Shown piece by piece: positions 51,993 through 64,000 of a DNA stretch of 64,000 nt (position 1 is its first letter; each line of letters opens with the position of its first letter). Source of the DNA: Eledone cirrhosa (taxonomy: Eukaryota); NCBI GenBank assembly GCA_964016885.1, contig OZ024751.1, positions 19,716,001 through 19,780,000 of the forward strand, written 5' to 3'. The notes beneath the pieces were generated by a model. The model was not told where the DNA came from. It did no database searches and saw nothing but the letters and a program-made list of their open reading frames with translations. The position numbers and the translations under genes are program-made.

Positions 51993-52264
51993 CTTTATCT
52001 CCCTCTTTTAGTCTCTATTTTTTCTGTTTCCCTGTAATGCCTCTTTTTTTTTCTTCATTTCGGTGGTGGATTGGAGGAATTGCTAGAGCGTGAGGCGAAA
52101 TGCCTTGCGGTATTTGTTCCGGATGGCTACCTTCTGAGATCTTGGTTGGAAGACTTAATCCATCGTCTGTTGTACACCCGCCCCCCTAACCACCACCACG
52201 ACCATTCGGTGCTTGGGGTGGGGGATTTAGAAGAGTTCATTCTATTTCAAGCATTTGTGTTACG

Positions 52265-52985
52265 GGCAGTGAATTTGCAGAGTCGTTAGAACGTCGGATA
52301 GAAATATTTGCGGTTTCTTTTTTTTTTTTTTCCGGCTTTCTGTTCTCTGAGTTCAAATCTCGTCGAGGTCAACTTTACCTTTCATCCATTCGAGGTCGAT
52401 AAAAAATTACCAGATCAGTACAGGTGTCAATTTTTCCTCTATATCTCGTGAGAAAGGGATATAGAGGAAAAATTGTGCAATATTTAGACACTTACACGTT
52501 AATTACATTCTCTCACCTTCTGTCATTCCATGAAAGAAATCTGCTTTATTCAGACATGGAGAGGAAATGGGCTTCGCCAGGTTTTTAAAATGCCCTAAAA
52601 ACGACAATTGTTAATACGACGCTCCTACGACCCCCTCAGGAGTTACGGGACCATACATACATACCCATATTGCGTCTACTGTAGGAAGGTATGTGGTTCA
52701 CAAGTTAGCTTCGCAATCAGTAAATCCCAGGTTCAATTCCATGCCTTGCTGAGGGAAATTAGGTAGACAGAAACTGTCTGGAAGCCTGTCAGATGGACTG
52801 TACCAGTAATTCAATGGTAGCACATACAGACTATGACACGCTAAATCTCCCTAAGAGTTACGTCGATGGTTACAAGTGTGTGTGTGGAATACTCAGCCAC
52901 ATACGCGTTAATTTCATGAGCAGGCTGTTTGTTCTGTCGATCGAACAACTGGAACGCTCATCGTTCAAACCGACGGAAGTCCATC
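52265..52985 (+). mobile_element. Older SINE-A relative (52265-52430) and a second SINE family (52685-52985; tail shared with 48720-48850)
   Basis: gagttcaaatctcgtcgaggtcaactttacc; ggttcaattcc B-box; cgttaatttca..aggctgtt..tggaac.ctcatcg...aaccgacg tail. Confidence 0.7.
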
Positions 52986-53060
52986 ACACCTTTCTATAAT
53001 TTCAACGTAGGTCTTTGGACGGCTTCAATTGTCTTTTTCGCGTGAGCTTTCGCCATTCTG

Positions 53061-53930
53061 CTGAGAATAAAACGATAGTTTGGACCACCGATAGTCCGGC
53101 ACGCGGCTGAAAATAAAACGATAGTTTGGACCACCGATAGTCCGGCACGCGACTGAAAATAAAACGATAGTTTGGACCACCGATAGTCCGGCACGCGACT
53201 GAAAATGAAACGATAGTTTGGACCACCGATAGTCCGGCACGCGACTGAAAATAAAACGATAGTTTGGACCACCGATAGTCCGGCACGCGACTGAAAATAA
53301 AACGATAGTTTGGACCAGCGATAGTCCGGCACGCGACTGAAAATGAAACGATAGTTTGGACCACCGATAGTCCGGCACGCGACTGAAAATAAAACGATAG
53401 TTTGGACCACCGATAGTCCGGCACGCGACTGAAAATAAAACGATAGTTTGGACCACCGATAGTCCGGCACGCGACTGAAAATGAAACGATAGTTTGGACC
53501 ACCGATAGTCCGGCACGCGACTGAAAATGAAACGATAGTTTGGACCACCGATAGTCCGGCACGCGACTGAAAATAAAACGATAGTTTGGACCACCGATAG
53601 TCCGGGATTCGGCTGAAAATGAAACGATAGTTTGGACCACCGATAGTCCGGCACGCGACTGAAAATAAAACGATAGTTTGGACCACCGATAGTCCGGCAT
53701 TCGGCTGAGAATGAAACGATAGTTTGGACCACCGATAGTCCGGCATTCGGCTGAAAATGAAACGATAGTTTGGACCACCGATAATCCGGCACGCGACTGA
53801 AAATAAAACGATAGTTTGGACCACCGATAGTCCGGCATTCGGCTGAGAATGAAACAATAGTTTGGACCACCGATAGTCCGGCATTCGGCTGAGAATGAAA
53901 CGATAGTTTGGACCACCGATAGTCCGGCAT
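53061..53930. repeat. 46-bp tandem satellite, ~19 copies
   Basis: Unit ctgaaaataaaacgatagtttggaccaccgatagtccggcacgcga. Confidence 0.97.
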
Positions 53931-55180
53931 TCCCACAACACCAATAGACCGACATTCCCACAACACCAATAGACTGACATTCCCACAACACCAATAGACC
54001 GACATTCCCACAACACCAATAGAGCGACATTCCCACAACACGAATAGACCGACATTCCCACAACGCCAATAGACCGACATTCCCACAACACCAATAGACC
54101 GACATTCCCACAACGCCAATAGACTGACATTCCCACAACGCCAATAGACTGACATTCCCACAACGCCAATAGACCGACATTCCCACAACGCCAATAGACC
54201 GACATTCCCACAACCCCAATAGAGCGACATTCCCACAACACCAATAGACCGACATTCCCACAACACCAATAGAGCGACATTCCCACAACACCAATAGAGC
54301 GACATTCCCACAACACCAATAGACTGACATTCCCACAACACCAATAGACTGACATTCCCACAACGCCAATAGAGCGACATTCCCACAACGCCAATAGACC
54401 AACATTCCCACAACGCCAATAGACCGACATTCCCACAACACCAATAGAGCGACATTCCCACAACACCAATAGAGCGACATTCCCACAACACCAATAGACC
54501 AACATTCCCACAACGCCAATAGAGCGACATTCCCACAACACCAATAGACCAACATTCCCACAACGCCAATAGACCGACATTCCCACAACACCAATAGAGC
54601 GACATTCCCACAACGCCAATAGAGCGACATTCCCACAACGCCAATAGACCGACATTCCCACAACACCGATAGACCGACATTCCCACAACACCAATAGAGC
54701 GACATTCCCACAACCCCAATAGAGCGACATTCCCACAACGCCAATAGACCGACATTCCCACAACACCGATAGACCGACATTCCCACAACACCGATAGACC
54801 GACATTCCCACAACGCCAATAGACCGACATTCCCACAACACCAATAGACCGACATTCCCACAACCCCAATAGAGCGACATTCCCACAACCCCAATAGAGC
54901 GACATTCCCACAACCCCAATAGAGCGACATTCCCACAACACCAATAGAGCGACATTCCCACAACCCCAATAGAGCGACATTCCCACAACCCCAATAGAGC
55001 GACATTCCCACAACACCAATAGAGCGACATTCCCACAACACCAATAGAGCGACATTCCCACAACCCCAATAGAGCGACATTCCCACAACACCAATAGAGC
55101 GACATTCCCACAACACCAATAGAGCGACATTCCCACAACACCAATAGAGCGACATTCCCACAACACCAATAGAGCGACAT
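53928..55180. repeat. 25-bp tandem satellite, ~50 copies
   Basis: Unit cattcccacaacaccaataga(c/g)cga. Confidence 0.97.
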
Positions 55181-55623
55181 AGAGATGAAAGAAAGATTTG
55201 ACTTCGGTGAGATTTGAGCGCTAAGAAAGGGAGGCAAATAATACAAGGCATTTTTTTGTCTTGTGTTCTAACGATTCTGCCAAACCATCATCTAAGTAAG
55301 TGCATGGGTGGGGGTGGGGGGGGAGGGAGAAAGGAAGAGAGGGAGGGAGAATGTGTGTCTGTGTATGACAAAATGTGTGCGTGTGTGTATATATATATAT
55401 ATGTGTGTGTGTGTGGATGATAGAACTCCAGCTGTATGTGTGTTTGTGTGTAAGAATGTTTATGTGTATATGTGTGTATGTGTATGAATATATATATATA
55501 TATATACATATGTGTGTATATATATGATGGAACTCCAGCTGAAATGATAAATGACTGCTGTCTAAAACTGTACCCAGTAGTTGTATAGTTAATGAGAACT
55601 GTAATCACAGACAGGGGGAGCTG

Positions 55624-55753
55624 GTGATGGTGATGGTGGTTGTGATGGTGGCGGTGATGATGATGGTGCTGGTGGTGGTAGTGGTGATGATGATGATGGT
55701 GGTGGTGGTAATCATGATGGTGGTGGTGGTGGTGGTGGTGGTAATCATGCTGG

Positions 55754-55784
<31 letters not shown>

Positions 55785-56870
55785 AGTGGTGGTGGTAATC
55801 ATGATGGTGATGGTGGTGGTGGTGGTGGTAATCATGCTGGTGTTGTTGTTGTTGTTGGTGGTGGTTGTGATAGTGGTGGTGGTGGTGATGATGATGGTGC
55901 TGGTGGTGGTGGTGCTGGTAGTGCTGGTGGTAATCATGATGGTAGTGGTGGTGGTGGTGATGATGGTGCTGGTGATGATGATGGTTGTGGTAGGGGTGGT
56001 GTTGATAGTGATGGTGGCGTTGATGGTGGTATTATTGGTGGTAGTGGTAGTGTAGTGGTGGTAGTGGTGATGATGGTTGTGGTAGTGGTGGTGGTGGTGG
56101 TTGTGGGTAGGTAAGTGGGTGGTGGTTGGTTTAAATGTGGTAAATATGGTACTGGGTAATTAGGGAAAATGTTGGGTGGGTAGTGTTTGCAGTGATGGTG
56201 GTAGTGTTGGCAGTGGTGGTGGTGGTGATGGTAGTGTTGGCAGTGGTGGTGGTGATGGTAGTGTTGGCAATGGTGGTGGTGATGGCGGTAGTGATAGTGG
56301 TGATGATGATGGTAGTGTTGGCAGTGATGGTGGTGATGTTAGTGGTAGTGTTGGTAGTAATGGTGGTGGTGGTAGTGTTGGCAGTGGTGGTGGTGGTGAT
56401 GATGGTGGTAGTGTTGGCAGTGGTGATGGTGGTGGTGGTAGTGCAGGCAGTGATGGTGGTGGTGGTGGTAGTGCAGGCAGTGATGGTGATGGTGGTAGTG
56501 TTGGCAGTGATGGTGATGGTGGTAGTGTTGGCAGTGATGGTGGTAGTGTAGGCAGTGTTGGTGGTGATGGTGGTAGTGTGGGCAGTGTTGGTGGTGGTAG
56601 TGTTGGCAGTGGTGCTGGTGATGGTGGTAGTGTTGGCAGTGATGGTGGTGGTAGTGTTGGCAGTGGTGGTGGTGATGGTGGTAGTGCAGGCAGTGATGGT
56701 GATGGTGGTAGTGTTGGCAGTGATGGTGATGGTGGTAGTGTTGGTAGTGGTGGTGGTAGTGTAGGCAGTGTTGGTGGTGATGGTGGTAGTGTTGGCAGTG
56801 ATGGTGGTGGTAGTGTTGGCAGTGGTGGTGGTGGTGGTGATGATGGTAGCATGGGTAGTGGTGGCGGTTA
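55624..56870. repeat. (GGT/GAT)n and ggtagtgttggcagt arrays
   Basis: Direct repeats. Confidence 0.93.
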
Positions 56871-57545
56871 GAGGTATTAGTAGTGATTGTGGGCGGTGGG
56901 GCTGAAATATGAATAACAGATATGAAAACATGAAATTATCTGGAGTTAAGGGTAGAGTGGGAGTGGACTGGGGTGGGAGTATGGGGGGATGGAGTGGAGT
57001 GGACCTTTTCCACTTTTATCGAAAAATGGAAAAAGGGACCTGAAATGTTTTTTAAGAGGCAGAATGTCGGATGAAGAAGAATGTAAACACACACACACAC
57101 ATACACACATACACACATACACACATACATACATGATGATGGCTGCCCTCTCGTTATCGAGTATGGCCATTGCACGATATAACATTATTAATAACTATCA
57201 ATTAATGCTATCGTTCAATGCCTGTGCGTAAAGATTTTTTTTTTAAAAGTGAGGAAAGACTGTGCACTGAGCCAATCCCACTCTCCTAGCGACAGTAGCT
57301 ATAACCTGAATACATACATACATACATACACACATACATACATACATACATACATACATACATACATACATACATGTACACATATATATACATACTGTCC
57401 AAACAGCCGAGATCTGAGGTGGGTGTCTGGTACGAATAAAAATATACCAATCTACATGTCGATATCTTGTAGGAAATAGAATGAATCAATCTCTTCCTCT
57501 CTCTCCCCCCCCCCCTCTCTCTCTCTCTCTCATATTTCATTATTA

Positions 57546-57840
57546 TTATATGTTCCAGCCTGTTGACCATGATGGAATGCTGGAACTCAATCTCTTCCCC
57601 CCTCTCTCTATATCTCTCTGTTATATGTTCCAGCCTGTTGACCATGATGGAATGCTGGAACTCAATCTCTTCTCCCCTCTCTCTCTCTCTATCTCCCTGT
57701 TATATGTTCCAGCCTGTTGACCATGACGGAATGCTGGAAATCACCCCCCCCCTCTCTATCTCTGTTATATGTTCCAGCCTGTTAACCATGACGGAATGGT
57801 GGAATAGAATGTTATATGTTCCAGCCTCGTGGCCATGACT
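57546..57840. repeat. Five copies of a ~40-bp motif separated by CT-rich spacers
   Basis: ttatatgttccagcctgttgaccatgatggaatgctggaa. Confidence 0.85.
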
Positions 57841-58249
57841 GCACGCTGCAGTGCTGCGATGTTGCGATTCTGCGATATTACGACATTCTTTATAAAGAAT
57901 TTCATTCTTTAGCAGTCTGATTAGTTAAATATGTAATTTGATAATACAATATATTGACAGATTCTATGGATTTTCTTTGCTAAATCCACTTAATTAATCA
58001 CACACTGGATCTGGATCTGTTATGATAGTAAATATTGAATACACACACACACACACACACATATACTCACATATACACACACACACATTATATACACACA
58101 TATACACGCACATGAATATATATATATATATATATATATATAACCTGTGTATTTGCTGGCATGGACGTGCATCTGTGCGCTTATGTTAGTTGATATATTA
58201 AATTATCTCTCTCTATATATATATATACATACACACATACACACGTACA

Positions 58250-58307
<58 letters not shown>

Positions 58308-58320
58308 TACACACATGAAA

Positions 58321-58351
<31 letters not shown>

Positions 58352-58360
58352 CGCACATGA

Positions 58361-58393
<33 letters not shown>

Positions 58394-58546
58394 CACACGC
58401 ACATGAATATATATATATATATATATACACAGACACACACACATACATATATATATATGTATGTATGCATGTATATATGTGTATATATATTTATATATTT
58501 ATTTGAGACTAATCAGCTGAATACACACACACACACACACAGACAC

Positions 58547-58637
<91 letters not shown>

Positions 58638-58946
58638 TGCATTTCATACATATATATTCATCATATATATTCATCTTGTATACACACATATATAAGATGT
58701 TACTAGTGAGATCATTATTCAAATGAGTACTCGATGTTTAAATGAAAGTAGAGTATATATATAATAAATGATACATACCTTCTCTTTCTCTCTTCACTGT
58801 GTGTATATATATATGATCAGTGTGTGTGTGTATGTGAATATATATATATATATATGTGTATATATATATATATATATATTTATAAATTAAATTGTCTGCT
58901 CGCTAACCGAGTTTCTCGCCACAGCAATCTTGAGATATGCACACAC

Positions 58947-59293
58947 GTGTGTGTGGCTGTGTGTGGTTCTGTATGATGCATGTGTGTGTGTGTGTGGCTG
59001 CGTGTGGTTCTGTATGATGCATGTGTGTGTGTGTGTGTGTGTGTGTGTGGCTGTGTGTGGTTCTGTATGATGCATGTGTGTGTGTGTGTGTATGTGGCTG
59101 TGTGTGGTTCTGTATGATGCATGTGTGTGTGTGTATGTGGCTGTGTGGTTCTGTATGATGCATGTGTGTGTGTGTGTGGCTGTGTGTGGCTGTGTGTGGT
59201 TCTGTATGATGCATGTGTGTGTGTGTGTGGCTGTGTGTGGTTCTGTATGATGCATGTGTGTGTGTGTGTGTGGCTGTGTGGTTCTGTATGATG

Positions 59294-59330
<37 letters not shown>

Positions 59331-60213
59331 CTGTGTGTGGTTCTGTATGATGCATGTGTGTGTGTGTGGTTCTGTATGATGCATGTGTATGTGTGTGTGG
59401 CTGTGTGGTTCTGTATGATGCATGTGTGTGTGTGTGTGTGGCTGTGTGTGGTTCTGTATGATGCATGTGTGTGTGTGTGTGTGTGTGTGTGGCTGTGTGT
59501 GGTTCTGTATGATGCATGTGTGTGTGTGTGGCTGTGTGGTTCTGTATGATGCATGTGTGTGTGTGTGTGTGTGTGTGTGTGGCTGTGTGTGGTTCTGTAT
59601 GATGCATGTGTGTGTGTGTGTGTGTGTGTGTGTGGCTGTGTGTGGTTCTGTATGATGCATGTGTGTGTGTGTGTGGCTGTGTGTGGTTCTGTATGATGCA
59701 TGTGTGTGTGTGTGTGGCTGTGTGTGGTTCTGTATGATGCATGTGTGTGTGTGTGTGGCTGTGTGGTTCTGTATGATGCATGTGTGTGTGTGTGTGGCTG
59801 TGTGTGGTTCTGTATGATGCGTGTGTGTGTGTGTGTGTGTGGCTGTGTGTGGTTCTGTATTATGCATGTGTGTGTGTGTGTGGCTGTGTGTGGTTCTGTA
59901 TGATGCATGTGTGTGTGTGTGTGTGGCTGTGTGTGGTTCTGTATGATGCATGTGTGTGTGTGTGGCTGCGTGTGGTTCTGTATGATGCATGTGTGTGTGT
60001 GTGTGGCTGTGTGGTTCTGTATGATGCATGTGTGTGTGTGTGTGGCTGTGTGTGGTTCTGTATGATGCATGTGTGTGTGTGTGTGTGGCTGTGTGTGGTT
60101 CTGTATGATGCATGTGTGTGTGTGTGTGGCTGTGTGTGGTTCTGTATGATGCATGTGTGTGTGTGTGTGTGGCTGTATCTGTGTGTGTGTGTGTGTGTGT
60201 GTGTGTGGCTGTA

Positions 60214-60246
<33 letters not shown>

Positions 60247-60265
60247 CTGTGTGTGTGTGTGTGTA

Positions 60266-60342
<77 letters not shown>

Positions 60343-60347
60343 CTGTA

Positions 60348-60396
<49 letters not shown>

Positions 60397-60401
60397 CTGT
60401 A

Positions 60402-60468
<67 letters not shown>

Positions 60469-60492
60469 CTGTATCTGTGTGTGTGTGTGTCT
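58947..60492. repeat. (GT)n array with ggttctgtatgatgcat / ggctgtatct anchors
   Basis: Direct repeats. Confidence 0.95.
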
Positions 60493-60630
60493 GTGAGAGA
60501 AGATTCCCCACTATTGTATATACCCAATGAAGTACCAAATCTCGTGATTCAATCATACGAATATTTTCGATTCACCATAAAATACGTAGATTCGTCAATC
60601 TATCTCTCCATCCATCTCAACACTGTTGAA

Positions 60631-60692
<62 letters not shown>

Positions 60693-60741
60693 TATATATA
60701 TAGATATATATATATATATATATAGATATATATATAGATAT

Positions 60742-60793
<52 letters not shown>

Positions 60794-60832
60794 TATATAT
60801 ATAATATATATATATATATAATATATATAGAT

Positions 60833-60919
<87 letters not shown>

Positions 60920-60939
60920 TATATATATATATATATATA

Positions 60940-61149
60940 TAGTAATAATAATAAATTTGAAGACTAAAATCCAAAGAGAGCTCGATAAGGAAAATATATA
61001 TCAAATATATAAGAACCGTAGAGCAAATATTTATTAAAATAACAGATTAAAGTTTAAGCTAAGAATCGCTGCTTTCACCCTTAACGGGATCTTAAGGGTG
61101 AAAGCAGCGATTCTTTGCTTAAACTTTAATCTGTTATTTTAATAAATAT
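60940..61149. mobile_element. Family B foldback copy
   Basis: ~58-bp inverted arms centred on cgggatc; homologous to 10478-10688. Confidence 0.85.
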
Positions 61150-61204
61150 ATATATATATATATATATAATATATATATATATATATAATATATATATATA
61201 TATA

Positions 61205-61446
61205 TACAATATTAAATAAATGGAAAACTATATTTATAAAACCATATCTATTTCATTATATATATTTCGGGGATATCATATTAACAATATGTTATGCCTT
61301 CATCAGACAAAATACAATATAAACAGTTTTATATTGTATTTTGTCTGATGAAGGCATAACATATTGTTAATATGATATCCCCGAAATATATATAATGAAA
61401 TAGATATGGTTTTATAAATATAGTTTTCCATTTATTTAATATTGTA
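61205..61446. mobile_element. Perfect 119-bp-arm palindrome carrying mirror hammerheads (61337-61402 +, 61249-61314 -)
   Basis: Arms 61205-61323 / 61328-61446, loop cagt; tattttgt-CTGATGA-agg..ccc-GAAA-tatata-TA-atgaaata. Confidence 0.88.
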
Positions 61447-61660
61447 AATATACTCCAAATATTTGTCGAGTGCTTTTATATCAGTTATAAATATTTACTA
61501 GTTGTAACCCAACAATTTTAAATATAACTTTCCATATATATATATATATATATTCCTTCGGAATTACCTAACACACACACATATATATATAACACGTTGA
61601 TAAATACATACAAATATCTACCATACATACATATTAGCGTATATATATATACATATGTAT

Positions 61661-61794
61661 GTGGATAAGGCGTCTGACTTCGAATCAGAAGATTGCGAGT
61701 TCGTGTATCGTTGTGGTCGCATTAACTGACTTTTTAAGGGCAGTGTCCCAGCATGGCCTCAGCCGGATGGCTGGAACAGGCAAAACAGTAAAAG
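61661..61794 (+). mobile_element. 5'-truncated tRNA-Arg(TCG)-derived SINE
   Basis: tggataaggcgtctgacttcgaatcagaagattgc..gttcg closely matches metazoan tRNA-Arg(TCG); tail shared with 47106, 18688(-), 33188. Confidence 0.8.
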
Positions 61795-61957
61795 TGTATA
61801 TACTTACAGACTTGGATAAATGCATATATAGTCTACCTAACATATGTTCATACATACATGAATACATACATGGATAAATACATCTGCCAAACACACAAAC
61901 ACGCACACACACACAAACTCACACACACACACGCACACATTATATATATATATATAA

Positions 61958-62133
61958 AGGGTGGTGGATTGGTAGCATCGATAGAGGGTCGGACGCCATG
62001 CTTTGCAGTATAGAGTTACGGCCCTTTACAGTCTGAGTTCAAATCCCGCCGAGGTTAACTTTGCCTTTCATCCTTACAGGATCGATAAAATAAAGTACCA
62101 GTAATTGCTGGCCTTGTGCCAAAAAGTAGAAAC
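61958..62133 (+). mobile_element. SINE-A copy
   Basis: Homology to 2004-2191. Confidence 0.9.
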
Positions 62134-62186
<53 letters not shown>

Positions 62187-62253
62187 TAGAGAGAGTATTT
62201 ATATATATAGAGAGAGTATTTATATATATATATATATATAGAGAGAGAGTATT

Positions 62254-62310
<57 letters not shown>

Positions 62311-62515
62311 CGTATCGAGAGAGAGAAAAGGAGGGATAGGTGATACATGTAGTTATTTGCCAAATGGCGTATGGAGAGGGTGCTCAATACCAGTGCCTGC
62401 AGTGTTAAATATTAGAAGTGTTAATATCTAGTGGGCGAGAGAATTAGTAGAGCGTAAGCACGTGGAAAAATAAGAAGTATGAGAAGAGACCGTTACAACA
62501 TGTTTATTTAAAACA

Positions 62516-62555
62516 GCACCAACGTACGTTTCGCCCGGATGGGCTTCTCAAGGGC
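62516..62555 (-). ncRNA. Minimal hammerhead, U3-A8 variant, followed by AATAAA
   Basis: Minus: gccc-TTGAGAA-gccc atcc gggc-GAAA-cgtacg-TT-ggtgc. Confidence 0.75.
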
Positions 62556-62837
62556 ATAAATACCTAAAAAGTGTTCCTTACACATACACACATACACACA
62601 CACATACACACACACACACACACACATATATATAGGAACGAGTAGGACCCCGACGGCTGAGTTCAAGCCGTTTCGACGGCTAATTCTGGACTCGAATTTT
62701 TGTCCAGAATTAGCCGTCGAAACGGCTTGAGCTCAGCCTTTGGGGTCCTACTCGTTCGTATTACCCACTCTACTACCCTAAGTATTGAGTACTTTGGTGC
62801 GTTATGGTCCACCTGGTTCCTTACCACATTTCCTTCG

Positions 62838-62874
<37 letters not shown>

Positions 62875-63559
62875 TAAAGTGGTCCTTCATCAGTGATCTT
62901 CCAACCAACATCGGTATTTCTTCGCTAAGATCACTGATGAAGGACCACTTTATTCATATGTAACCCATTTGCAACTCCGCAGCACGTTTATTCTCATATA
63001 TATATATATATATAAAATATAACATACACCTATAACAGTAATTGGCAAAGTTGTCCACGGTGGGATTTGAACTCAGAGAGCAGAGATCATTCTACCCGAC
63101 ATTCTAATGACTTTGTCAATTCGCCGCCTCATACAGAGATTTATATATACACAAACATTCAAACATACATATACACATATACAATTATTTTATATACAAT
63201 ATATAAAGTACTTATATATTTATAATTACATATTATATCCGTATGTCACACACCAATGAAATGGCGTCAAAGCTGAAATGACTGTATCCAGACTTCTTGG
63301 GTGTTTATTATCTGCGTGGCTGATTATTTTATAATCCATCAATGGGTCATTATTTGAAATGACTCTTCAATAAATAGAAAGGTGTAAATGTGTCTTGTGA
63401 ACGATCGTTGTTATTGTAGTAGTTGTTGAGGTGTTGTAATTGAATGGAGATAGTTGATTGTAGTTACATCGTGGGGTGGGGCTGGGTGGCTGGGGTGGTG
63501 GGGTGGGTGGCTAGTATTGGGGAATGGTTTAAGAAGTGAAATCGTGGTTTCAAGGTGTG

Positions 63560-64000
63560 AGCCTGGGTGGTTGGTTGGGTGGTTGGCTGGTTGGGTGGAT
63601 TACGGTGGTTGGGTGGTTGGGTGGTTGTGTGTGGGTGGTTGGGTGGATCACGGTGGTTGGGTGGTTGGCTGGTTGTGTGTGGGTGGTTGGGTGGATCACG
63701 GTGGTTGGCTGGTTGGGTGGTTGGGTGGATCACGGTGGTTGGGTGGTTGAGTGGATCACGGTGGTTGGCTGGTTGGGTGGTTCACGGTGGTTGGGTGGAT
63801 CACGGTGGTTGGGTGGTTGGCTGGTTGGGTGGTTGGGTGGTTGAGTGGATCACGGTGGTTGGCTGGTTGGGTGGTTCACGGTGGTTGGGTGGATCACGGT
63901 GGTTGGGTGGTTGGCTGGTTGGGTGGATCACGGTGGTTGGGTGGTTGAGTGGATCACGGTGGTTGGCTGGTTGGGTGGTTCACGGTGGTTGGGTGGATCA
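63560..64000. repeat. G-rich minisatellite ggtggatcacggtggttg
   Basis: Direct repeats running off the window end. Confidence 0.93.

Noticed and set aside
52994-55251. Three 714-750 aa Cys/Trp-rich ORFs
   Set aside because: All three minus-strand frames are open because the 25- and 46-bp units lack stops and cycle frames; satellite artefact
57546-57840. CRISPR-like repeat-spacer pattern (also anchor+microsatellite arrays)
   Set aside because: Spacers are related CT microsatellites, the context is eukaryotic and there are no cas genes
60555-60603. Additional hammerhead (minus: TTGACGA..GAAA atat TC)
   Set aside because: Stem I does not pair and stem II is weak; at best a decayed copy
61661-61719. 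Functional tRNA-Arg(TCG) gene
   Set aside because: 5' acceptor/D-stem start missing, T-arm degenerate, fused to a SINE tail

Overview
Repeat-saturated animal genomic DNA, intronic or intergenic. The extreme microsatellite load, tRNA-derived SINEs and RTE LINEs resemble octopus/coleoid cephalopod DNA (inference). No host protein-coding gene can be called confidently; almost all ORF-track entries are microsatellite artefacts. Real coding remnants are all retrotransposon-derived: a young, 5'-truncated but uninterrupted RTE LINE (APE-RT-PHD-like finger, 23730-26548, minus strand), two R4/Dong-like RLE fragments, RTE 3' ends with a C2H2 finger, and an Expander/Rex3-like RTE remnant whose internal 65 bp expanded into a ~48-copy satellite. 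The most striking signal is not in the ORF track. Short inserts embedded in (TA)n tracts repeatedly carry type I hammerhead-ribozyme folds, from about a dozen unrelated sequence families and including U3-A8 and CAGAAGA core variants. Many of these inserts are perfect foldback palindromes. A 12-copy ~210 bp family keeps only the 3' half of a hammerhead, mirrored about stem II. Together this looks like a microsatellite-targeted, ribozyme-bearing non-autonomous retroelement system (Penelope-like/retrozyme-like). All folds were read by eye and need Infernal and in vitro confirmation.
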